DNA of 61,666 bases, the filler included, from Myxococcota bacterium (GTDB taxonomy: Bacteria; Myxococcota_C; UBA6777), in NCBI GenBank assembly GCA_023150835.1. It is 9 parts of 9 records of this genome, joined end to end, with 100 filler letters (N's around TTAATTAATTAA, not from the genome) between each part and the next. Parts side by side here need not be neighbours in the genome. Positions count along the whole stretch, not along the records: positions 28,684 to 36,685 come from JAKLKB010000206.1; positions 36,786 to 43,174 come from JAKLKB010000208.1; 7 more parts are not named here. One strand, written 5' to 3'. The notes under the pieces were generated by a model. It was not told the origin of the DNA. It ran no database searches and worked only from the letters and a program-made list of their open reading frames with translations. The position numbers and the translations under genes were made by a program. Within the stretch, counting starts at the first letter, position 1; every line of letters starts with the position of its first letter. Positions 28,819 through 37,360 of this stretch are shown here, one piece after another.

Positions 28819-29844
28819 ATGAAACGGACTCGTGTAGGAATGTTGGCTGCTTTGATTCTATCTTTGATGATGGCTGCTTGTGGTCCTCCCCCCCCACCGA
28901 CGGCCCCCACAGGACTCAAGACCAATCTTGAGCTGAACGTCGAAGGCGTGATCGTGTTGTCATGGGACGCACACGCCGACGAGACCGTCACTTTGTACCG
29001 CATCTTCCGTGATACCAAAGGAGACGGGGCGTTCAGCGAAAAAGTCTATGAAGGCTCGGAGTTGCAGTTCTTCGACCGCAACGTGCTTCCCGGTGGAAAA
29101 TACGAAGTCGAATTCTTTTATAAGATCGCTGCCGTGCGCAAGGTTCCCGGTCAAGCCGAACAAGAAGGCCCTAAAAGTACCGCTGTCCCCGCCAAGACCA
29201 CAAACTTATTGCCACCCAAGCCCCCCGAAGGTTTGACGATCCGCGCAGAAAACCTTGCGGGTGAATCCCCCCGCATCACTATCCTTTGGCAGCCCAACAA
29301 AGAGATCGATATCAAAGGTTACTATGTCTTCCGCAAAGAAGGCCAAGATCAGCAGTTCATCGGAACCGACCGCGACCCCAATAAGGCCATCTCCCGCTTG
29401 CTCGATCACAAAACCCAAGGCCCCTTGTTCTTCCAAGACACCGCAGCCGAAGTCGGAAAGCCTTACAGTTACACCGTTCTGGCTGTGGACTTTGATGATC
29501 TTTACAGCCAAAACCCCTCCAGCATCCGCGTGTCTGACCTCTTGCTGAGCCAAGTCGAACCCGTATCCCCCGACAACAACGCTACTGTCGCCGCAAGCAA
29601 CTTGTCTTTTTCGTGGAAAGCCGTTCAAGGCGCAGCCGCTTATGTGGTGGTGATCCGCAACGCCGCCAACGACCAAGTCTGGCGCTCCGCTGTCACCAAA
29701 GAAACCACCGCCCAATACGGCGGTCCCACCCTCGATCCCACCCGCACCTATAGCTGGAGCGTCAACGCTTTCAGCAAAAACCCCGCCGACAACAAAGCCG
29801 ACAGCAACGCCAACTCCCCAAGTCGAACCTTCAAAGTGCAATAA
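28819..29844 (+). CDS. Lipoprotein with fibronectin type III-like domains
   Basis: Lipobox MMAAC; PTAPTGL, LSW, Y-x-V-x-AVD FN3-like patterns. Confidence 0.8.
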   Translation: MKRTRVGMLAALILSLMMAACGPPPPPTAPTGLKTNLELNVEGVIVLSWDAHADETVTLYRIFRDTKGDGAFSEKVYEGSELQFFDRNVLPGGKYEVEFFYKIAAVRKVPGQAEQEGPKSTAVPAKTTNLLPPKPPEGLTIRAENLAGESPRITILWQPNKEIDIKGYYVFRKEGQDQQFIGTDRDPNKAISRLLDHKTQGPLFFQDTAAEVGKPYSYTVLAVDFDDLYSQNPSSIRVSDLLLSQVEPVSPDNNATVAASNLSFSWKAVQGAAAYVVVIRNAANDQVWRSAVTKETTAQYGGPTLDPTRTYSWSVNAFSKNPADNKADSNANSPSRTFKVQ

Positions 29845-29956
29845 TACAAGATCTGCCCGTTGTGTACTGTAAAGACGCAGGGGCAGCCCTTTGTGACTGC
29901 CCAAGAACAGGGCGTCTCCGCGCTCTCCTTCGATCACACATCACTCGGATATCGTA
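29845..29956 (+). mobile_element. MITE family A copy filling the whole intergenic space
   Basis: TA-CAAGATCTG...GGGGCAGCCCTTTGTGACTGCCC...CGGATATCG-TA; starts right after the TAA at 29844 and its last A is the A of ATG 29956. Confidence 0.7.
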
Positions 29957-30852
29957 TGATGCCCCACAGTCCCTATCTATCCGAAGAAACCGAAGGCGCT
30001 TCTGCCCTTCGATTTTACAACCACGAGCGTGCAGAAGAAGGCATCCGAGAGCTTGCGACGTGGCTTCAAGGCCGACGCATCGCGGTCCTCACAGGGGCAG
30101 GATGCAGCACAGACTCAGGGATCCCCGATTATCGGAGCGAAGAAAGCCTCAAGCGCAAGCGTAACCCGATCCAATACAACCAATTTCTGCGTGATCTGTC
30201 GGCACGTCGGCGGTATTGGGCGCGCAGCTTTGTGGGCTGGCCGAGGTTTCGCGACAAAGAACCGAATCTCACGCATCAGATCTTGGCCCGCATTGAACAA
30301 CAAGGCCGAATGACGGGCTTGATCACGCAAAACGTCGATCGGCTTCATCACAAAGCAGGGTCCTCTCGGATCGTCGAGCTTCACGGCGCACTCGCCGACG
30401 TTCGCTGTCTGGATTGCGGTTTGTTTGAACCACGCGATGATGTGCAAGCCCGTCTTGCCGAATGCAACGCAGCGTGGCATGCAGAAGTCCTCTCGATCGC
30501 TCCCGATGGTGACGTCGATCTGCCACAAGAAGCCTACGACAGCTTTGAGATGGTGAGTTGTTTGCGCTGTCACGGCCCCCTCAAGCCCCATGTGGTCTTC
30601 TTTGGCGAGAATGTCGCCCAAGAGGTCGTCCAAGCAGCATGGGAGATCGTCTTACAAGCCGATGCGCTGCTTGTCTTGGGTTCCTCGCTCACGGTCTATT
30701 CGGGTTATCGCTTTGTGAAAGGGGCCGCCGAGCAAGAAAAGCCCGTAGCCATCGTCAATCTCGGCGCAACACGTGGCGATCCCCACGCTTCTTTGCGCCT
30801 CGATCTACCGCTCAAAACAGTGATGCCTCACCTCGAAACGCTACTGTCCTAG
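29956..30852 (+). CDS. NAD-dependent protein deacylase, sirtuin (class II/SIRT4-like)
   Basis: GAGCSTDSGIPDYR, RYWARSFVGW, ITQNVDRLH, ELHG, CxxC...CxxC, KPHVVFFGE, GSSL. Confidence 0.92.
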   Translation: MMPHSPYLSEETEGASALRFYNHERAEEGIRELATWLQGRRIAVLTGAGCSTDSGIPDYRSEESLKRKRNPIQYNQFLRDLSARRRYWARSFVGWPRFRDKEPNLTHQILARIEQQGRMTGLITQNVDRLHHKAGSSRIVELHGALADVRCLDCGLFEPRDDVQARLAECNAAWHAEVLSIAPDGDVDLPQEAYDSFEMVSCLRCHGPLKPHVVFFGENVAQEVVQAAWEIVLQADALLVLGSSLTVYSGYRFVKGAAEQEKPVAIVNLGATRGDPHASLRLDLPLKTVMPHLETLLS

Positions 30853-32189
30853 GAACGAAACTGATCGGGATGAAGGTCGTGGCGTTTCATCATATCGTAG
30901 ATGGCTTTGCGTGAGATGCCAGCGATCTCGGAAGTGCGGTTGATGTTGCCTCGCGTGATGCGCAGAAGGTAAGTGATATAACGGCGTTCAAAGCTGGATT
31001 TGGCGCGTTCGTAGGAAAGCGGCATATCGTTGGCGAGGGGATCTTCGGGGAGGGAGATGTGGTGGGCATCGATCCAGCTTTGTTCGGTGGCGAGGAGTGC
31101 TTCGTGGACGCGGTTTTTGAGTTCGCGAACATTGCCGGGCCACCCATAAGACAACAGTTTTTCTTGGGCTTGGGGCGTAAAGTCGATCACGTCGATGGAT
31201 TCTTCACGAGCGAGATCTTCGAGGAGATGGCGGGCAAGGGGGACGATATCGGAGGGGCGTTCGCGCAGAGGCGGTATCTCGACGGAGATCACGGCGAGGC
31301 GGTAGTAGAGGTCTTCGCGGAAGGCTCCTTCTTTGACAAGGCGTTGGAGATCGCGGTGAGTCGCGGCGATCAGGCGAAAGTCGACGGGATAGGCTTTTTT
31401 GGCTCCGAGGGGTTGGACTTTGCGTTCTTCGAGCAAGCGCAAGAGCTTGGCTTGAGAAGTCAGCGAGAGGTCGCCGATCTCGTCCATGAATAGGGTGCCA
31501 CCGTCGGCAAGGCGAGCGTATCCGTCGTGATCGCGGATGGCGTCGGTAAATGCGCCTTTTTGATAGCCAAAAAACTCCGCTTCAAACAAGGTTTCGGGGA
31601 TAGCGGAGACGTTAACGCCGACAAATCGGCCTTGTTCGCTGCGTTGCGAACATTCGTGGAGCATATTGGAGAGCACTTCTTTTCCAGTTCCGCTTTCGCC
31701 GGTCAACAAGATACTGGCCTTGCTACGGGCGATGCGAGACAGCTTACGCAAGATCTCTTGCATCTGTGGGCTACGGGCGATGATGGTGCGTCCAAGTCGG
31801 TTAAACAGAACCTCTTCTTCGAGGGTTTGTTTTTCGATGTAAGCGCTGACCTTGCGCAAGAGTTCTTCGCGAGAGACGGGCTTGAGGACATAATCGGCGA
31901 CACCCGATTTGAGGGCTTGAACGGCCACATCGAAATTCCCAAAGGCCGTCATCAAGAGGAAAGGGCAATGTAGCCCGATTTTGCGGGCGCTGAGATAGGT
32001 TTGGAAGCCATTTTGTGCGGGCAAGATGTAGTCGCAAAGGACGAGGGCATAGCGTTCGTTGTCTCTTTGGAGACTGCTGAGGAAGTCTTCTCCACAAGCA
32101 AAAGTAGCGACTTGATAGCCTTCGATCTGGAGAAAGTTGGTGAAGAGCAGGTTGAGATCCTGATCGTCTTCGATCAAAGCAATCAGCAT
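30849..32189 (-). CDS. Sigma-54-dependent response regulator (REC-AAA+-Fis HTH)
   Basis: IEDD...LCD...K receiver; GESGTGKE; GAFTDA; LFMDEIG; FREDLYYRL; WPGNVREL; C-terminal HTH. Confidence 0.93.
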   Translation of the reverse strand: MLIALIEDDQDLNLLFTNFLQIEGYQVATFACGEDFLSSLQRDNERYALVLCDYILPAQNGFQTYLSARKIGLHCPFLLMTAFGNFDVAVQALKSGVADYVLKPVSREELLRKVSAYIEKQTLEEEVLFNRLGRTIIARSPQMQEILRKLSRIARSKASILLTGESGTGKEVLSNMLHECSQRSEQGRFVGVNVSAIPETLFEAEFFGYQKGAFTDAIRDHDGYARLADGGTLFMDEIGDLSLTSQAKLLRLLEERKVQPLGAKKAYPVDFRLIAATHRDLQRLVKEGAFREDLYYRLAVISVEIPPLRERPSDIVPLARHLLEDLAREESIDVIDFTPQAQEKLLSYGWPGNVRELKNRVHEALLATEQSWIDAHHISLPEDPLANDMPLSYERAKSSFERRYITYLLRITRGNINRTSEIAGISRKAIYDMMKRHDLHPDQFRS

Positions 32190-32438
32190 AGCTTTCTCCC
32201 ATCGTGTGCTTTGGGGGGGGGGTGAGCATGGGGCGCGTGGCGAAGGCATCGCAGAAGCGTTGTACGCAGAAACTACAAAAGAAAAAAAGCCCCTCAAAGC
32301 GCGCCGTGTTGCGGCCTGTTGGTTGGGTCCGATCATCAAGGATAATCTGTCGTAGTGTAGAGAAGACGCCCAGCGATGCGCAAGAGGCATCTCCAAGATC
32401 GCGATGGTTTGGGGAGAAACAAAAGCAAACAAGAAAGT

Positions 32439-34211
32439 TCAAGGAGAGGGCGGGCAGACGAGGATAGTGCCTTGGATGCTGACTCGTGCGCATTGTCGGT
32501 TGTTTCCGACGTTAAAACACTGATAACCGACGGGGCAGGTGGTGGTGCTGCAATCTTGTCCACAAAAGGAGCCGAGATTGTTGGGATAGGTCAAGCAGAG
32601 ATCCTTGGTTGTGCCGCATTCAAGGGCATTTGTGCAAGGGTCACACAGCTTTTTGCTGCTTGGGACAAGACAAGTGCCAGAGGCGGGGACACAAACTTCT
32701 TTGGGTTGTGTGCAGGTGACGCCTTTGCACTTGTTTCGACAGGAGCCGATCAGAGGCAAACAAAAGGGGATATTGTTTTGAACACAGGTATTTTGGGTGG
32801 TGTCGCAAGTGAACCCCGCAGCGCACTGTCCCGCGACACAGCTTCCGCCCGTGAGGTTGATGCGAACGCACTCAAAGTTTTTGGAATCCGTGCAAGATCC
32901 GCTGTCACAGCGCTCGATGCAAAACCGATCGTCAGGCGTATTTCCGAGCCCACCAAGGCACACCGAAGTAGGGTTGGCGCAAGTGCCTGTGGCATCGCAA
33001 GCTGTGCAAGGAGGATCATCGACAGGGGGGGGTTCGCAAAGCCCTGTGGTGGTGTTGCAAGAATAAAGAGCAGGGCAAACGACTTCGGTGGGGCAGCGTT
33101 TTTTGCGGCAACGGCCTGTTTCGCAGAGTTCGTCTTGTGCGCATTTGAGCCGTTCGCAAGGAAGGGGAGGATCACAACGCCCGTTGTTGCAGAGAAATCC
33201 GTCAGGGCAAGGTCGCCCGGGTCCGCAGGGATCGCGCTCTTCGACACAAGAGAATTGTTTTTCGTTGGTCTCATAGCATTCTTCGCCCGGGCTACAGCGC
33301 GATCGAGCAGGATCGCAAGGGAGCGAGCAGACTTTTTTTGCTTTCCAAGAGATGCACAACAGATCGCGTTCGCAAGGAGCGGCGTCACAGGCCTCCCCGG
33401 GCTGTTTTCCGCCGTTGCGAGGGAGACAGACGCCCTCGTTTCCTTGGAGTTGACGACAAGCAAAAGTGGCGGAGCATTGGGGTTGGAATGTCGGGCATTT
33501 GAGGCGGCAGAGGCTGTCTGCTGCGCCTGTATCTTTGAAACAAAGCATCGATTCTGCGCAAGGTTTGGATTGCGGATCGCATACTTGGCCTTCTTTGGGC
33601 CGATTGTCTGCGGAGCAGCGTTGCGTGAGGCAAAGCGGCTTGCTTGGGTCTTTGCAGTCGTCGCTGCTTTCGCATCCGTCGGTGGCAAGGCAATTTCCGC
33701 GCAAGCACTTGGGTTTGGTGGTGTCGGTGCAATCCTTGTTTTCAAGACATTCGGTGTTGGGTGGGAAGCAGCGATTGTTTTGGCACTTGGGTTTGGTGAT
33801 GTCGGTACATTCGGCGTCTTGGGTGCATTCGGGGCTGCACTTGTTTTGGCGGCATTTGGGCTTGGTGGCGTCTTTGCATTCGGCGTCCGTTTCGCACTCA
33901 GGGCGAGGTTCACAACGGGATTGTCGGCAACGTTGTTCCGTTGGGCAATCGCTGTTGACTTGGCAGGTGTTGTTGGCGCAACGCTTTTTGCTTGCATCAC
34001 AACGCCATCCCTCGCGGCAATCGGCGGCGGTTGAACACTCGATATCAACGCACTTTCCGGTTGTTGTGTCGCAGCGTTGCGCAAGGTTGGTACATTCGCC
34101 ATTTCGCACACATCCCGGTTCAGGGGGTTTGGTTTCACAAGCCAAAGAAACACACAACAACGCGAGGATGGCCAAACGCCATCCTGTCCAAAAAACAACG
34201 CGCATCTCCAT
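32439..34211 (-). CDS. Cys-rich repeat lipoprotein (Dickkopf-like C-x4-C repeats)
   Basis: Lipobox VSLAC; repeated EC-x4-C-D-TKPKC-x4-C units; GGAGG RBS. Confidence 0.82.
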   Translation of the reverse strand: MEMRVVFWTGWRLAILALLCVSLACETKPPEPGCVRNGECTNLAQRCDTTTGKCVDIECSTAADCREGWRCDASKKRCANNTCQVNSDCPTEQRCRQSRCEPRPECETDAECKDATKPKCRQNKCSPECTQDAECTDITKPKCQNNRCFPPNTECLENKDCTDTTKPKCLRGNCLATDGCESSDDCKDPSKPLCLTQRCSADNRPKEGQVCDPQSKPCAESMLCFKDTGAADSLCRLKCPTFQPQCSATFACRQLQGNEGVCLPRNGGKQPGEACDAAPCERDLLCISWKAKKVCSLPCDPARSRCSPGEECYETNEKQFSCVEERDPCGPGRPCPDGFLCNNGRCDPPLPCERLKCAQDELCETGRCRKKRCPTEVVCPALYSCNTTTGLCEPPPVDDPPCTACDATGTCANPTSVCLGGLGNTPDDRFCIERCDSGSCTDSKNFECVRINLTGGSCVAGQCAAGFTCDTTQNTCVQNNIPFCLPLIGSCRNKCKGVTCTQPKEVCVPASGTCLVPSSKKLCDPCTNALECGTTKDLCLTYPNNLGSFCGQDCSTTTCPVGYQCFNVGNNRQCARVSIQGTILVCPPSP

Positions 34212-34474
34212 AATTCCTCCCACAAACCGACATGGGGCAGCGCCCCATCCAACAGAGCCACCGCGTCATACGCCATCCGAGGGATCTGTGCTCGATGGTC
34301 GGTGCGATCCGCTATGACCCCCTATTCTCGGGCAGCCCCCTGTGGCCCCTACACCTTTACGATCACACCACAGACGGATTTCGTACACGTCCTCTGGTTG
34401 TACGTCGAGATCCGCTTGGAATCAAGAACGAGGATGAAAACGTGGCTTGTTTTATCAGCTTCGCTGTGGGGGAG

Positions 34475-34719
34475 GGAGTATCGGGGCAGATCGGTGTGAA
34501 GCGAAAGGCGGAGTATCGGGGCAGATCGGTGTGAAGCGAAAGGCGGAGTATCGGGGCAGATCGGTGTGAAGTGGAGGGCGGAGTATCGGGGCAGATCGGT
34601 GTAAAGTGGAGGGCGGAGTATCGGGGCAGATCGGTGTGAAGTGGAGGGCGGAGTATCGGGGCAGATCGGTGTGATGCGAAAGGCGGAGTATCGGGGCAGA
34701 TCGGTGTGAAGTGGAGGGG
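34475..34719 (+). repeat. Tandem array of seven 35-bp units
   Basis: GGAGTATCGGGGCAGATCGGTGT plus GAAGCGAAAGGC or GAAGTGGAGGGC variants; units start at 34475, 34510, 34545, 34580, 34615, 34650 and 34685. Confidence 0.95.
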
Positions 34720-34758
34720 GAGTGTTCGAGCCGATGTAGCGGGCGTGAGGGAAAGAGA

Positions 34759-35616
34759 TCAGGGGCAGGTGATCCCGTCGTCGACGAGGCCGTTGCAGTC
34801 GTTGTCTTTTTTGTCGCAAGTCTCGGTCGCGGGGATGACTTGGCCGAGGCAGATCGGTTTGTCGTCTTTGCACGAAGTCAGTCCAGCGCGGCACTCGCCC
34901 CGTCCAAGGGTTCCCGAAGCGCCTTCGTAGCAAGGATTGGGCGTGATGTTGTCGACAAGGCCGTCGCAGTTGGTGTCTTTGCCGTTGCAAAATTCGACGG
35001 CGTTGGGATTGCGTGCGGGGTCGTTGTCGTCGCAATCGCGGTCGTTGGTAAAGCCGTCTTTGTCGGCATCTTGGAGGGTGCGGCAGGTACCGTTTTGGCA
35101 AAATTGGCCTTTGGTGCAATCGGGGTTGCAGCGTTTTTGGCAGACGCCGTCAACGCAAACTTCGCCGTTGGCGCATTCAGGAGCGCAGATGCGTTTGCAC
35201 AAGCCGTTGTCGCAGATATAGCCGAGTTGCGGGCAAGGCGGATTGCATTCGACGCGAAGAACACAGCTTCCACGGAAGCAAGTGTATCCTTGGGGACAGG
35301 CCGACTTACAACCTTCGACGGAGACGCAACGACCGAGCTTTTCATCACAAAAGAACCCGGCCTCGCAAGGTGTAGCGCAAGCGATGGTGTTGCTGTCTGG
35401 ATAACGATCTACGCACTTACCGTCGAGGCAACGTTGATCGGCGGGGCAATCGGGGTTGCAGATGACTGCGGTTAACTCACAGCCCTTGGAGGTCAAGGTG
35501 TAGCCGGGGCCGCAATTTTGGACGGGAGGATCGCTGATGATGGCGCAGTTGAGGAGCCAAAGGCCCATCGTAAACAAAGAGACGCGAAGAGCAATACTGC
35601 GAAACGCAAGCTTCAT
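34759..35616 (-). CDS. Cys-rich lipoprotein with MopE-like putative metal-binding motifs
   Basis: Lipobox-like LLNC; CNPxC repeats; DADKDGF...DCDD...EFCNGKDTNCDGLVD; ETCDKKDNDCNGLVDD. Confidence 0.82.
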   Translation of the reverse strand: MKLAFRSIALRVSLFTMGLWLLNCAIISDPPVQNCGPGYTLTSKGCELTAVICNPDCPADQRCLDGKCVDRYPDSNTIACATPCEAGFFCDEKLGRCVSVEGCKSACPQGYTCFRGSCVLRVECNPPCPQLGYICDNGLCKRICAPECANGEVCVDGVCQKRCNPDCTKGQFCQNGTCRTLQDADKDGFTNDRDCDDNDPARNPNAVEFCNGKDTNCDGLVDNITPNPCYEGASGTLGRGECRAGLTSCKDDKPICLGQVIPATETCDKKDNDCNGLVDDGITCP

Positions 35617-35834
35617 GATGTGGATTCCTACATCTTTTTTGCGCAAGGTGCGCAACATCCAAAAGGAGAGGTATCTCGCCAGAGGGCGCGAGGGTCAAAA
35701 CAAAGTTAGCAAAACGAAGGTCTATTCAGCGAGATGATTTTATCGAAGGAGAAGACATTTCTTCTGAACGCACCCAGAGGGATGGATTGCTTTTGCAGAA
35801 CCCAAACGATTTGTCAAGTCTTTTTGGCTGCTCG

Positions 35835-36467
35835 TCATCGACTCTTCGGCGTGGAAACCCCCTTATGGGCGAGGGGGGAGGAAACGCCGTCATGTCTTCG
35901 TGTGTAAGCGTATCCATCGGTGTGTTGAAGGATACGACAATGTTTGTAAGAAATGCCTTGTGTGGTACCATTTCGGGTTTTGATGTTGAAGCTGCCGGAA
36001 CTTCGCACCGCCACTCTTCCCACATAACACCCTGCTTTCTTTCCCTTGACGATGACAGCTTTCACCATGTCTCCTGTTTGAAAGCCATGCACCTTCTTTT
36101 GTCTTGTTTTCGGGCCTGTTCGGGGGAAGACGACCCTTGGGAGTCTCGCGCTTCGCAACCCGAACAGATCCATTCTGCACTTCTGCCGACTTCCCCGTCC
36201 CATCGCCTTGATCTCCGGCACTTCTTGCTCTGCCTCCACGAGCACACGTTCTCCCGACACGCCCACACACACCGCATCGAGCCAGTGTGTTTTCGCATAC
36301 CCTTGTCGGCTACCGTTGTACTTCGTCTGCCCACCGCTGCCGACTTCCAACGGTACACCCAACCCACACAACCGCTCTCGCGATGCCAGTTGGCGAGCGC
36401 GAGCAGGATGACAAGGCATCAGGGGTTGATGGTTGAAGTCCAAGACGAGGACTCTGTTTTGTGCCAT
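35835..36467 (-). CDS. iscB: Internally deleted IscB (PLMP + RuvC-III + C-terminal domain; RuvC-I/II, bridge helix and HNH absent)
   Basis: VLVLD..QPLMPCHPARARQL is fused in frame to GSGGQTKYN...KTHWLDAVCVG...GRGSRQ...GFQTGD...GRVAVRSSGSFNI...DGYAY. Confidence 0.88.
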   Translation of the reverse strand: MAQNRVLVLDFNHQPLMPCHPARARQLASRERLCGLGVPLEVGSGGQTKYNGSRQGYAKTHWLDAVCVGVSGERVLVEAEQEVPEIKAMGRGSRQKCRMDLFGLRSARLPRVVFPRTGPKTRQKKVHGFQTGDMVKAVIVKGKKAGCYVGRVAVRSSGSFNIKTRNGTTQGISYKHCRILQHTDGYAYTRRHDGVSSPLAHKGVSTPKSR

Positions 36468-36685
36468 GAAGACGTTACCTTTCCCCGTGTTGACGGGGTG
36501 TTCTCGAAACTTGCGTTTCGGTCAAGTTCTTAAGGCCCGGTTGGGCGAGAGGTTTTGAAGACACGAAGCAGCCTTACCCAAGGACTGTCCGCGTGTCGCG
36601 CAGAGGCATCGGACTGGAGAAGCATCCGACTGTGCCTCTCTATTCTCTCCCAACGTTTCCTCCACCAAAGTTTCCCTCGGCTTCT
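36468..36685 (-). ncRNA. omegaRNA/HEARO RNA upstream of the mini-IscB (5' part lost at the contig end)
   Basis: Minus strand ACGTTGGGAGAGAATAGAGAGGCACAGTCGGATGCTTCTCCAGTCCGATGCCTCTGCG..., ending in the hairpin CCCCGTCAACACGGGG before the RBS/ATG. Confidence 0.75.
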
Positions 36686-36785
36686 NNNNNNNNNNNNNNN
36701 NNNNNNNNNNNNNNNNNNNNNNNNNNNNNTTAATTAATTAANNNNNNNNNNNNNNNNNNNNNNNNNNNNNNNNNNNNNNNNNNNN

Positions 36786-37244
36786 CTTGCTGGACTCCCC
36801 CAAAAGATCACCTATGACTACTCCGGCAGCACCTATGACTACCTACAGGTAGACTTTCATGGTGCGGATCTGCCCGATGGTACCTACCCTGTGTGGATCG
36901 AATCCAAAGGCCGCCGCTCCAACACTATCCTCGTCAACGTTGTACGCACCGGCATCCACCCCAACGCTGCACCGCGCTTCCAAGCGCTCATCCCTGCGAG
37001 CGTTAGCAAAACTTCGCTCACCAGCCTCAACAACAAGATGCGTCTCGCCATCGCGGGTGAGGGCTTCCGCGAAGATTACAAGGTCAACTTCAACGGGCAG
37101 CAACTGAACGTGATTTTCTACAGCAGCCAAGTCGTGTTTGTCGAACTTGATCTGAGCAGCGTGGCCGCTGGCAACTACCCGATCAGTATCCAAGACGCTT
37201 CGGGCAAACTCAAGTCCTTCGACTTGGAACTTGTCGTCGAGTGA
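36786..37244 (+). CDS. C-terminal fragment of an Ig-like/IPT-domain surface protein
   Basis: Open frame from the contig start; GTYPVWIESKGRRSNTI and ELDLSSVAAGNY parallel the C-terminus of the next gene. Confidence 0.7.
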   Translation, partial: LAGLPQKITYDYSGSTYDYLQVDFHGADLPDGTYPVWIESKGRRSNTILVNVVRTGIHPNAAPRFQALIPASVSKTSLTSLNNKMRLAIAGEGFREDYKVNFNGQQLNVIFYSSQVVFVELDLSSVAAGNYPISIQDASGKLKSFDLELVVE

Positions 37245-37360
37245 TCGATTCGCCTTCAACCCAAGATCCCCGATACATGGGGATCTTGGGTGACGTTCCT
37301 CCGCTCATTTCTTTGTTATGTCAACGCTCCGTCAGATACATAAGGAGGGTTTCAGTGAAT

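Noticed and set aside
29956-30852. Sirtuin as an anti-phage SIR2 (Thoeris/DSR-type) effector
   Set aside because: It has the Zn-binding Cys pairs and motifs of housekeeping class II deacylases and no defence partner genes.
34475-34719. CRISPR array
   Set aside because: The variable parts are only 12 nt and recur in two states; there are no unique spacers and no cas genes.
28684-36685. Contig 5 (8002 bp) breaks the otherwise descending contig length order (7099, 7030, 7019, 8002, 6389, 6255, 6181)
   Set aside because: No internal compositional or gene-level discontinuity found by eye; probably assembly or ordering history. Read mapping would be needed to show a chimeric join.
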